From NCBI GenBank assembly GCA_964016885.1, contig OZ024741.1, forward strand, positions 5,704,001-5,768,000: 64,000 nucleotides of DNA. The letters are read 5' to 3'. Within the stretch, counting starts at the first letter, position 1. The number at the start of each line of letters is the position of its first letter. This document shows positions 1 through 13,194 of this stretch, in pieces. The position numbers were made by a program, and so were the translations under genes. Below the pieces are notes generated by a model. That model did not search any database and was not told the DNA's origin. It worked only from the letters and a program-made list of their open reading frames with translations. Origin of the DNA: Eledone cirrhosa (taxonomy: Eukaryota).

Positions 1-3000
1 GATGTCAGGGTTGTCTCTACCCTGGAGAGAGAGGGGTTCTATTGATATCAGGGCTGTCTCTATCCTGATGAGAGAGAGAGGGGCTCTGTTGATGTCAGGG
101 CTGTCTCTACCCTGGTGAGAGAGGGGCTCTGTTGATGTCAGGGCTGTCTCTATCCTGTTGAGAGAGAGGGGCTCTGTTGATGTCAGGGCTGTCTCTACCC
201 TGTTGAGAGAGAGGGGCTCTGTTGATGTCTGGGCTGTCTCTACCCTGGAGAGAGAGGGGCTCTGTTGATGTCAGGGCTGTCTCTACCCTGGAGAGAGAGG
301 GGCTCTGTTGATGTCAGGGCTGTCTCTACCCTGTTGAGAGAGAGGGGCTCTGTTAATGTCAGGGCTGTCTCTACCCTGTTGAGAGAGAGGGGCTCTGTTG
401 ATGTCTGGGCTGTCTCTACCCTGGAGAGAGAGGGGCTCTGTTGATGTCAGGGCTGTCTCTATCCTGATGAGAGAGAGAGGGGCTCTGTTGATGTCAGGGC
501 TGTCTCTACCCTGGTGAGAGAGGGGCTCTGTTGATGTCAGGGCTGTCTCTACCCTGTTGAGAGAGAGGGGCTCTGTTGATGTCAGGGCTGTCTCTACCCT
601 GTTGAGAGAGAGGGGCTCTGTTGATGTCTGGGCTGTCTCTACCCTGGAGAGAGAGGGGCTCTGTTGATGTCAGGGCTGTCTCTATCCTGATGAGAGAGAG
701 AGGGGCTCTGTTGATGTCAGGGCTGTCTCTACCCTGGAGAGAGAGGGGTTCTATTGATATCAGGGCTGTCTCTATCCTGATGAGAGAGGGGCTCTGTTGA
801 TGTCAGGGCTGTCTCTACCCTGGTGAGAGAGGGGCTCTGTTGATGTCAGGGCTGTCTCTATCCTGATGAGAGAGAGAGGGGCTCTGTTGATGTCAGGGCT
901 GTCTCTACCCTGGTGAGAGAGGGGCTCTGTTGATGTCAGGGCTGTCTCTATCCTGATGAGAGAGAGAGGGGCTCTGTTGATGTCAGGGCTGTCTCTACCC
1001 TGGTGAGAGAGGGGCTCTGTTGATGTCAGGGCTGTCTCTACCCTGATGAGAGATGGGCTCTGTTGATGTCAGGGTTGTCTCTACCCTGATGAGAGAGGGG
1101 CTCTGTTGATGTCAGGGCTGTCTCTACCCTGATGAGAGATGGGCTCTGTTGATGTCAGGGTTGTCTCTACCCTGATGAGAGAGGGGCTCTGTTGATGTCA
1201 GGGCTGTCTCTACCCTGATGAGAGATGGGCTCTGTTGATGTCAGGGCTGTCTCTACCCTGATGAGAGATGGGCTCTGTTGATGTCAGGGCTGTCTCTACC
1301 CTGATGAGAGATGGGCTCTGTTGATGTCAGGGCTGTCTCTATCCTGATGAGAGAGAGAGGGGCTCTGTTGATGTCAGGGCTGTCTCTACCCTGATGAGAG
1401 ATGGGCTCTTTTGATGTCAGGGCTGTCTCTACCCTGGTGAGAGAGGGGCTCTGTTGATGTCAGGGCTGTCTCTATCCTGATGAGAGAGAGAGGGGCTCTG
1501 TTGATGTCAGGGCTGTCTCTACCCTGATGAGAGATGGGCTCTTTTGATGTCAGGGCTGTCTCTACCCTGGTGAGAGAGGGGCTCTTTTGATGTCAGGGCT
1601 GTTTCTACCCTGGTGAGAGAGGGGCTATGTTGATGTCAGTGCTGTCTCTACTCTGATGAGAGAGGGGCTCTGTTGATGTCAGGGCTGTCTCTACCCTGGT
1701 GAGAGAGGGGCTCTTTTGATGTCAGGTCTGTCTCTACCCTGGTGAGAGAGGGGCTCTTTTGATGTCAGGGCTGTTTCTACCCTGGTGAGAGAGGGGCTAT
1801 GTTGATGTCAGGGCTGTCTCTACCCTGGAGAGAGAGGGGTTCTATTGATATCAGGGCTGTCTCTATGATGATGAGAGAGAGAGGGGCTCTGTTGATGTCA
1901 GAGCTGTCTCTACCCTGGTGAGAGAGGGGCTCTGTTGACGTCAGGGCTGTCTCTACCCTGGTGAGAGAGGGGCTCTGTTGATGTCAGGGCTGTCTCTACC
2001 CTGGAGAGAGAGGGGTTCTATTGATATCAGGGCTGTCTCTATCCTGATGAGAGAGAGAGGGGCTCTGTTGATGTCAGGGCTGTCTCTACCCTGGTGAGAG
2101 AGGGCCTCTGTTGATGTCAGGGCTGTCTCTACCCTGGTGAGAGAGAGGCTCTGTTGATGTCAGGGCTGTCTCTACCCTGGTGAGAGGGGGGCTCTGTTGA
2201 CGTCAGGGCTGTCTCTACCCTGGTGAGAGAGGGGCTCTGTTGACTTCAAGGCTGTCTCTACCCTGGTGAGAGAGGGGCTCTGTTGACGTCAGGGCTGTCT
2301 CTACCCTGATGAGAGAGAGGGGCTCTGCTGATATCAGGGCTCTCTCTACCCTGATGAGAGAGAGAGGGGCTCTGTTGATGTCAGGGTTGTCCCTACCCTG
2401 ATGAGAGAGGGGCTCTGTTGATGTCAGTGCTGTCTCTACCCTGATGAGAGAGGGGCTCTGTTGATGTCAGGGCTGTCACTACCCTGGTGAGAGAGGGGCT
2501 CTGTTGATGTCAGGGCTGTCTCTACCCTGGTGAGAGAGGGGCTCTGTTGACGTCAGGGCTGTCTCTACCCTGGTGAGAGAGGGGCTCTGTTGATGTCAGG
2601 GCTGTATCTACCCTGATGAGAGAGAGGGGCTCTGTTGATGTCAGGGCTGTCTCTACTCTGATGAGAGAGGGGCTCTGTTGATATCAGGGCTGTCTCTACC
2701 CTGTTGAGAGAGGGGCTCTGTTGATGTCAGGGCTGTCTCTACCCTGATGAGAGAGAGGGGCTCTGTTGATGTCAGGGTTGTCTCTACCCTGATCAGAGAG
2801 GGGCTCTGTTGATGTCAGTGCTGTCTCTACCCTGGTGCGAGAGGGGCTCAGTTGATGTCAGGGCTGTCTCTACCCTGGTGCGAGAGGGGCTCAGTTGATG
2901 TCAGGGCTGTCTCTACCCTGGTGCGAGAGGGGCTCAGTTGATGTCAGGGCTGTCTCTACCCTGGTGAGAGAGGGCTCAGTTGATGTCAGGGCTGTCTCTA

Positions 3001-6000
3001 CCCTGGTGAGAGAGGGGCTCTTTTGATGTCAGGGCTGTCTCTACCCTGGTGAGAGAGGGGCTCTGTTGATGTCAGTGCTGTCTCTACCCTGGTGCGAGAG
3101 GGGCTCAGTTGATGTCAGGGCTGTCTCTACCCTGGTGAGAGAGGGCTCAGTTGATGTCAGGGCTGTCTCTACCCTGGTGAGAGAGGGGCTCTTTTGATGT
3201 CAGGGCTGTCTCTACCCTGGTGAGAGAGGGGCTCTGTTGATGTCAGGGCTGTTTCTACCCTGGTGAGAGAGGGGCTCTTTTGATGTCAGAGCTGTCTCTA
3301 CCCTGATGAGAGAGACAGGCTCTGTTGAAGTCAGTGCTGTCTCTACCCTGGTGAGAGAGGGGCTCTGTTGATGTCAGGGCTGTCTCTACTCTGATGAGAG
3401 AGGGGCTCTGTTGATGTCAGGGCTGTCTCTACCCTTATGAGAGAGTGGCTCTGTTGATGTCAGGGCTGTCTCTACCCTGATGAGAGAGGGGCTCTGTTGA
3501 TGTCAGGGCTGTCTCTACCCTGGTGAGAGAGACGGGCTCTGTTGATATCAGGGCTGTCTCTACCCTGTTGAGAGAGAGGGGCTCTGTTGATGTCAGGGCT
3601 GTCTCTACCCTGGTGAGAGAGGGGCTCTGTTGATGTCAGGACTGTCTCTACCCTGGTGAGAGAGAGGGGCTCTGTTGATGTCAGGGCGGTCTCTATTCTC
3701 ATTAGAGAGGGGCTCTGTTGATGTCAGGGCTGTCTCTACTCTGATGAGAGAGGGGTTCTATTGATATCAGGGCTGTCTCTACCCTGGTGAGAGAGGGGCC
3801 CTGTTGATGTCAAGGCTGTCTCTACCCTGATGAGAGAGGGGCTCTGTTGATGTCAGGACTGTCTCTACCCTGATGAGAGAGGGGCTCTGTTGATGTCAGG
3901 ACTGTCTCTACCCTGGTGAGAGAGGGGTTCTATTGATATCAGGGCTGTCTCTACCCTGGTGAGAGAGGGGCTCTGTTGATGTCAGGGCTGTCTCTACCCT
4001 GATGAGAGAGAGGGGCTCTGCTGATATCAGGGCTCTCTCTACCCTGATGAGAGAGAGAGGGGCTCTGTTGATGTCAGGGTTGTCTCTACTCTCATGAGAG
4101 AGGGGCTCTGTTGATGTCAGGGCTGTCTCTACCCTGGTGAGAGAGGGGCTCTGTTGATGTCAGGGCTGTTTCTACCCTGGTGAGAGAGAGGGCTCTATTG
4201 ATGTCAGGCCTGTCTCTACCCAGGTGAGAGGGAGGGGCTCTGTTGATGTCAGGGCTGTCTCTACCCTGGTGAGAGTGGGGCTCTGTTGATACCAGGGCTG
4301 TCTCTACCCTGGTGAGGAAGAGGCTCTGTTGATATCAGCGCTGTCTCTACCCCGGTGAGAGTGGGGCTCTGTTGATGTCAGGGCTGTCTCTACCCTGATG
4401 AGAGAGAGGCTCTGTTGATATCAGGGCTGTCTCTACCCAGGTGAGAGAGGGGCTCTGTTGATGTCGGGGCTGTCTCTACCCTGGTGAGAAAGAGGCTCTA
4501 TTGATGTCAGGGCTGTCTCTACCCTGGTGACAGAGGGGCTCTGTTGATGTCAGGGCTGTCTCTATGCTGGTGAGAGAGGGGCTCTGTTGATGTCAGAGCT
4601 TTCTCTACCCTGATGAGAGAGGGGCTCTGTTGATGTCAGGGCTTTCTCTACCCTGATGAGAGAGGGGCTCTGTTGATGTCAGAGCTGTCTCTACCATGAT
4701 GAGAGATTGGCTCTGTTGATGTCAGGTCTGTCTCTACCCTGGTGAGAGACGGGCTATATTGATGTCAGGGCTGTCTCTACCCTGGTGAGAGAGAGGGGCT
4801 CTGTTGATGTCAGGGCTGTCTCTACCCTGGTGAGAGACGGGCTCTGTTGATGTCAGCGCTGTCTCTATGCTGGTGAGAGAGGGGCTCTGTTGATGTCAGG
4901 GCTGTCTCTACCCTGGTGAGAGAGAGGCTCTGTTGATGTCAGGGCTGTCTCTACCCTGGTGAGAGACGGGCTATATTGATGTCAGGGCTGTCTCTACCCT
5001 GGTGAGAGAGGGGCTCTGTTGATGTCAGGGCTGTCTCTACCCTGGTGAGAGAGGGGCTCTGTTGATGTCAGGGCTGTCTCTACCCTGGTGAGAGACGGGC
5101 TATATTGATGTCAGGGCTGTCTCTACCCTGGTGAGAGAGGGGCTCTGTTGATGTCAGGGCTGTCTCTACCCTGGTGAGAGAGAGGGGCTCTGTTGATGTC
5201 AGGGCTGTCTCTACCCTGGTGAGAGAGGGGCTCTGTTGATGTCAGGGCTGTCTCTACCCTGGTGAGAGAGGGGCTCTGTTGATGTCAGGGCTGTCTCTAC
5301 CCTGGTGAGAGAGGGGCTCTGTTGATGTCAGGGCTGTCTCTATTCTGGTGAGAGACGGGCTCTGTTGATGTCAGCGCTGTCTCTATGCTGGTGAGAGAGG
5401 GGCTCTGTTGATGTCAGGGCTGTCTCTACCCTGGTGAGAGAGAGGAACTGTTGATGTCAGGGCTGTCTCTACCCTGGTGAGAGACGGGCTATATTGATGT
5501 CAGGGCTGTCTCTACCCTGGTGAGAGAGGGGCTCTGTTGATGTCAGGGCTGTCTCTACCCTGGTGAGAGACGGGCTATATTGATGTCAGGGCTGTCTCTA
5601 CCCTGGTGAGAGAGGGGCTCTGTTGATGTCAGGGCTGTCTCTACCCTGGTGAGAGAGGGGCTCTGTTGATGTCAGGGCTGTCTCTACCCTGGTGAGAGAG
5701 AGGCTCTGTTGATGTCAGGGCTGTCTCTACCCTGGTGAGAGAGAGGGGCACTGTTGATGTCAGGGCTGTCTCTACCCTGATGAGAGAGAGGGGCACTGTT
5801 GATGTCAGGGCTGTCTCTACCCTGGTGAGAGAGAGGGGCACTGTTGATGTCAGGGCTGTCTCTACCCTGGTGAGAGAGAGGGGCACTGTTGATGTCAGGG
5901 CTGTCTCTACCCTGGTGAGAGAGGGGCTATATTGATGTCAGGGCTGTCTCTATGCTGGTGAGAGAGGGGCTCTGTTGATGTCAGGGCTGTCTCTACCCTG

Positions 6001-9000
6001 GTGAGAGAGGGGCTCTGTTGAAGTCAGGGCTGTCTCTACCCTGGTGAGAGAGAGGCTCTGTTGATGTCAGGGCTGTCTCTACCCTGGTGAGAGAGGGGCT
6101 CTGTTGATGTCAGGGCTGTCTCTACCCTGGTGAGAGAGAGGCTCTGTTGAAGTCAGGGCTGTCTCTACCCTGGTGAGAGAGGGGCTCTGTTGAAGTCAGG
6201 GCTGTCTCTACCCTGGTGAGAGAGGGGCTCTGTTGATGTCAGGGCTGTCTCTACCCTGGTGAGAGAGGGGCTCTTTTGATGTCAGGTCTGTCTCTACCCT
6301 GGTGAGAGAGGGGCTCTTTTGATGTCAGGTCTGTCTCTACCCTGGTGAGAGAGGGGCTCTGTTGATGTCAGGGCTGTCTCTACCCTGGTGAGAGAGGGGC
6401 TCTTTTGATGTCAGGTCTGTCTCTACCCTGGTGAGAGAGGGGCTCTGTTGATGTCAGGGCTGTCTCTACCCTGGTGAGAGAGGGGCTCTGTTGATGTCAG
6501 GGCTGTCTCTACCCTGATGAGAGAGACGGGCTCTGTTGATATCAGGGCTGTCTCTACCCTGTTGAGAGAGAGGGGCTCTGTTGATGTCAGGGCTGTCTCT
6601 ACCCTGGTGAGAGAGGGGCTCTGTTGATGTCAGGACTGTCTCTACCCTGGTGAGAGAGGGGCTCTTTTGATGTCAGGTCTGTCTCTACCCTGGTGAGAGA
6701 GGGGCTCTGTTGATGTCAGGGCTGTCTCTACCCTGGTGAGAGAGGGGCTCTGTTGATGTCAGGGCTGTCTCTACCCTGGTGAGAGAGGGGCTCTTTTGAT
6801 GTCAGGTCTGTCTCTACCCTGGTGAGAGAGGGGCTCTGTTGATGTCAGGGCTGGCTCTACTCTGATGAGAGAGGGGCTCTGTTGATGTCAGGGCTGTCTC
6901 TACCCTTATGAGAGAGTGGCTCTGTTGATGTCAGGGCTGTCTCTACCCTGATGAGAGAGGGGCTCTGTTGATGTCAGGGCTGTCTCTACCCTGATGAGAG
7001 AGACGGGCTCTGTTGATATCAGGGCTGTCTCTACCCTGTTGAGAGAGAGGGGCTCTGTTGATGTCAGGGCTATCTCTACCCTGGTGAGAGAGGGGCTCAG
7101 TTGATGTCAGGGCTGTCTCTACCCTGGTGTGAGAGACGGGCTCTGTTGATATCAGGGCTGTCTCTACCCTGTTGAGAGAGAGGGGCTCTGTTGATGTCAG
7201 GGCTGTCTCTACCCTGGTGAGAGAGGGGCTCTGTTGATGTCAGGACTGTCTCTACCCTGGTGAGAGAGACGGGCTCTGTTGATATCAGGGCTGTCTCTAC
7301 CCTGTTGAGAGAGAGGGGCTCTGTTGATGTCAGGGCTGTCTCTATTCTGATTAGAGAGGGGCTCTGTTGATGTCAGGGCTGTCTCTACTCTGATGAGAGA
7401 GGGGTTCTATTGATATCAGGGCTGTCTCTACCCTGGTGAGAGAGGGGCCCTGTTGATGTCAAGGCTGTCTCTACCCTGATGAGAGAGGGGCTCTGTTGAT
7501 GTCAGGGCTGTCTCTACCCTGGTGAGAGAGGGGCTCTGTTGATGTCAGGGCTGTCTCTACCCTGGTGAGAGAGGGGTTCTATTGATATCAGGGCTGTCTC
7601 TACCCTGGTGAGAGAGGGGCTCTGTTGATGTCAGGGCTGTCTCTACCCTGATGAGAGAGAGGGGCTCTGCTGATATCAGGGCTCTCTCTACCCTGATGAG
7701 AGAGAGAGGGGCTCTGTTGATGTCAGGGTTGTCTCTACCCTCATGAGAGAGGGGCTCTGTTGATGTCAGGGCTGTCTCTACCCTGGTGAGAGAGGGGCTC
7801 TGTTGATGTCAGGGCTGTCTCTACCCTGGTGAGAGTGGGGCTCTGTTGATGTCAGGGCTGTTTCTACCCTGGTGAGAGAGAGGGCTCTATTGATGTCAGG
7901 CCTGTCTCTACCCAGGTGAGAGGGAGGGGCTCGGTTGATGTCAGGGCTGTCTCTACCCTGGTGAGAGTGGGGCTCTGTTGATACCAGGGCTGTCTCTACC
8001 CTGGTGAGGAAGAGGCTCTGTTGATATCAGCGCTGTCTCTACCCAGGTGAGAGAGGGGCTCTGTTGATGTCAGGGCTGTCTCTACTCTGGTGAGAGAGGG
8101 GCTATGTTGATGTCGGGGCTGTCTCTACCCTGGTGAGAAAGAGGCTCTATTGATGTCAGGGCTGTCTCTACCCTGGTGACAGAGGGGCTCTGTTGATGTC
8201 AGGGCTGTCTCTATGCTGGTGAGAGAGAGGGGCTCTGTTGATGTCAGGGCTTTCTCTACCCTGATGAGAGAGGGGCTCTGTTGATGTCAGGGCTGTCTCT
8301 ACCCTGGTGAGAGAGGGGCTCTGTTGATGTCAGGGCTGTCTCTATGCTGGTGAGAGAGACGGGCTCTGTTGATGTCAGGGCTTTCTCTACCCTGATGAGA
8401 GAGGGGCTCTGTTGATGTCAGGGCTGTCTCTACCCTGATGAGAGAGTGGCTCTGTTGATGTCAGGTCTGTCTCTACCCTGGTGAGAGAGAGGGGCTCTGT
8501 TGATGTCAGGGCTGTCTCTACCCTGGTGAGAGAGGGGCTATATTGATGTCAGGTCTGTCTCTACCCTGGTGAGAGAGAGGGGCTCTGTTGATGTCAGGTC
8601 TGTCTCTACCCTGGTGAGAGAGAGGGGCTCTGTTGATGTCAGGGCTGTCTCTACCCAGGTGAGAGACGGGCTATATTGATGTCAGGGCTCTCTCTATGCT
8701 GGTGAGAGAGAGGCACTGTTGATGTCAGGGCTGTCTCTACCCTGGTGAGAGAGGGGCTCTGTTGATGTCAGGGCTGTCTCTACCCTGGTGAGAGAGAGGC
8801 ACTGTTGATGTCAGGGCTGTCTCTACCCTGGTGAGAGACGGGCTATATTGATGTCAGGGTTGTCTCTACCCTGGTGAGAGAGGGGCTCTGTTGATGTCAG
8901 GGCTGTCTCTACCCTGGTGAGAGACGGGCTATATTGATGTCAGGGTTGTCTCTACCCTGGTGAGAGAGGGGCTCTGTTGATGTCAGGGCTGTCTCTACCC

Positions 9001-10010
9001 TGGTGAGAGACGGGCTATATTGATGTCAGGGTTGTCTCTACCCTGGTGAGAGAGAGGCACTGTTGATGTCAGGGCTGTCTCTACCCTGGTGAGAGACGGG
9101 CTATATTGATGTCAGGGTTGTCTCTACCCTGGTGAGAGAGGGGCTCTGTTGATGTCAGGGCTGTCTCTACCCTGGTGAGAGACAGAGGCTCTGTTGATGT
9201 CAGGGCTGTCTCTACCCTGGTGAGAGAGGGGCTATATTGATGTCAGGGTTGTCTCTACCCTGATGAGAGAGAGGGGCTCTGTTGATGTCAGGGCTGTCTC
9301 TACCCTGGTGAGAGAGAGGCTCTGTTGAAGTCAGGGCTGTCTCTACCCTGGTGAGAGAGGGGCTCTGTTGATGTCAGGGCTGTGTCTACCCTGGTGAGAG
9401 AGGGGCTCTGTTGATGTCAGGGCTGTCTCTACCCTGGTGAGAGAGGGGCTCTGTTGATGTCAGGGCTGTGTCTACCCTGGTGAGAGAGGGGCTCTGTTGA
9501 TGTCAGGGCTGTCTCTACCCTGGTGAGAGGGGGGCCCTTGTATATCAGGGCTGTCTCTACCCTGGTGAGAGAGGGGCTCTTTTGATGTCAGTGCTGTCTC
9601 TACCCAGGTGAGAAGGGGCCCTGTTGATGTCAGGGCTGTCTCTACCCTGGTGAGAGAGGGGCTCTGTTCATGTCAGGACTGTCTCTACCCTGGTGAGAGA
9701 GAGTCTCTGTTGATGTCAGGGCTATCTCTACCCTGGTGAGAGAGGGGCTCTGTTGATGTCAGGGCTGTCTCTACCCTGGTGAGAGAGGGGCTCTCTATGT
9801 CAGGGCTATCTCTACCCTGATGAGAGAGGGGCTCTGTTGATGTCAGGGCTGTCTCTACCCTGGTGAGAGAGAGTCTCTGTTGATGTCAGGGCTGTCTCTA
9901 CCCTGATGAGAGAGAGTCTCTGTTGATGTCAGGGCTGTCTCTACCCTGGTGAGAGAGAGTCTCTGTTGATGTCAGGGCTGTCTCTACCCTGGTGAGAGAG
10001 ATGGGCTCTG
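1..10010. repeat. 43-47 bp minisatellite array, about 230 copies, truncated by the left window edge
   Basis: Consensus GATGTCAGGGCTGTCTCTACCCTGGTGAGAGAGGGGCTCTGTT (43 bp). Length variants come from extra GA dinucleotides. Internal inverted repeat TCAGGG...CCCTGA/CCCTGG. Confidence 0.98.
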
Positions 10011-10023
10011 GTAGTAACATCTG
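9976..10023 (+). CDS. Speculative 48-nt micro-exon at the end of the 43-bp array (AVSTLVREMGSGSNI)
   Basis: TGTCAG| at 9975 and TCTG|GTAGGA at 10023/10024 bracket an open phase 2-2 segment. Both sites are weak and no homology was recognised. Confidence 0.12.
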
Positions 10024-10257
10024 GTAGGAACATAAGTCCATAGTTATGTAATTAAGGACTATTTCTACCCATGGTTTTTTAAAACTTCAAACTAACTTCA
10101 AAAAATATATATTTTTGTAAATGTCAAAAAATTTAACTAAAAATTAAATCTGCTGTCATCACCAACTTACTCAACAGGAGTTAAATATCCTTAAAAAAAT
10201 AAAAATTTTAAAAATCTTTGAAATAAAACTTAGGAAAAACAAAGGGTCAACTGTGGT

Positions 10258-10431
10258 CATGAGTATCTGCCCCTGGGGTAACTGTCCAAGTCTGGGAGTA
10301 GTAGTTACCCATGGGTATCTGACCCTGGGTTTTAGCTGTCCAAGGTACAAGTCTGGAAGCAGTAGTTACCCATGGGTATCTGACCCTGGGGTAACTGTCC
10401 AAGGTAAAAGTCTGGGAGCAGTAGTTACCCA
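10258..10431. repeat. Three diverged copies of a 52-61 bp palindromic unit
   Basis: CATGGGTATCTGACCCTGGGGTAACTGTCCAAG...AGTCTGGGAGCAGTAGTTACC starts at about 10258, 10310 and 10371. Confidence 0.9.
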
Positions 10432-10478
10432 GTCATGTAAATCTCCTCTCTCCGTGCCCAGTGCTGGATTAAGTTACT

Positions 10479-10902
<424 letters not shown>

Positions 10903-11150
10903 TTTCACATCTCTTCACAAAGAGATGCCTTAAACAAGTCTGACCTGGTCAATCTAATTTACATAACATCACATGTATTGACAGAGTGATTAAATAATTA
11001 ACTAAAATTATTAATTCATTATTAAATGTTATTTGTAATGTTGGAAGATATAAAGAGAAACATTTTAAAATGGAGAGTTTTGTGGCACTTTGGTTGGTAG
11101 GTATCAGGTTAATATATAGTTAACATTGTTAGTATATGTATTATTTAGAG

Positions 11151-11398
11151 TGACCAGGTCAGAGTTGACCAATTCAGTGTTGAACAGGTCAGTGTTGACC
11201 AGGTCAGTGTTGACCAGTTCAGTCTTGACCAGGTCAGTCTTGACCAGCTCAGCCTTGACCACCTCAACTTTGACCAGCTCTGTCTTCCCCCAACTCATTC
11301 TTGAGCAGCTCAGTCTTGACTAGCTCAACCTTGACCAAGTCATTCTAGACCAGGTCAGTCTAGACTAACTCAACCGTGACCAGGTCAGTTTTGGCCAG
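11151..11398. repeat. Degenerate 15-bp tandem repeat, about 16 copies
   Basis: Unit TGACCAGGTCAGT(G/C)T. It explains ORFs 11104-11298 and 11126-11323. Confidence 0.9.
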
Positions 11399-11551
11399 TA
11401 ACTGTGACAGGACAGTTCAGCTGTATCTGAGCCTGTATGGACTATAGATATAAGTTACTATTATATATCTGGACAGAAGATGGTCAATCTTTCTGATGAA
11501 GGATTAAAAAACCCAGAAACTATTCAGATTGAGCCCCCCCCCCCTCCACCA

Positions 11552-11751
11552 NNNNNNNNNNNNNNNNNNNNNNNNNNNNNNNNNNNNNNNNNNNNNNNNN
11601 NNNNNNNNNNNNNNNNNNNNNNNNNNNNNNNNNNNNNNNNNNNNNNNNNNNNNNNNNNNNNNNNNNNNNNNNNNNNNNNNNNNNNNNNNNNNNNNNNNNN
11701 NNNNNNNNNNNNNNNNNNNNNNNNNNNNNNNNNNNNNNNNNNNNNNNNNNN
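11552..11751. other. Assembly/scaffold gap (200 N)
   Basis: Exactly 200 N. The round number suggests a placeholder of unknown true size. Confidence 0.99.
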
Positions 11752-12958
<1,207 letters not shown>

Positions 12959-13131
12959 AATTCCCTTTGTTAAAGTATCGGTATTTGTAAAATTATGAGA
13001 AACTTGAACAAAATCTGCTGCAGTTGGCTTGAGAGGTTTAAATTGTGATCTCATTGAGGATATCTTGTTTTGGGTCCTTCTGGGGTTGATAAAATATAGA
13101 AGAGAGAGTATGTAAATGACATAGGGCGACC

Positions 13132-13194
13132 TTACCACCCACAGAACCAGGTGTAGACTACGTACTGTATTGTAACAGAGACTGTCATTACCAC
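13132..13194 (-). CDS. Speculative terminal coding exon VVMTVSVTIQYVVYTWFCGW* overlapping the array edge
   Basis: Minus strand TCTCTGTTACAGTAG| is followed by 20 open, mostly hydrophobic codons and TAA. Other frames and the other strand are also open here, and no homology was recognised. Confidence 0.15.
   Translation of the reverse strand: MVMTVSVTIQYVVYTWFCGW

Noticed and set aside
3472-5935. ORFs in the 43-bp array
   Set aside because: They arise from chance runs of 45-bp variants, and the frame is broken constantly.
12976-13035. Plus-strand mini-exon IGICKIMRNLNKICCSWLE resembling VCCSW in the 63149 candidate
   Set aside because: The similarity is limited to about 4 residues (TGCTGCAG.TGG) and the donor GTTTAA is poor, so it is probably chance.
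13040-13165. Helitron Rep-like motif RSLHLVLWV|KDP
   Set aside because: Only one His of the HUH motif is present, it needs a splice, and it ends at a stop after 13 codons.
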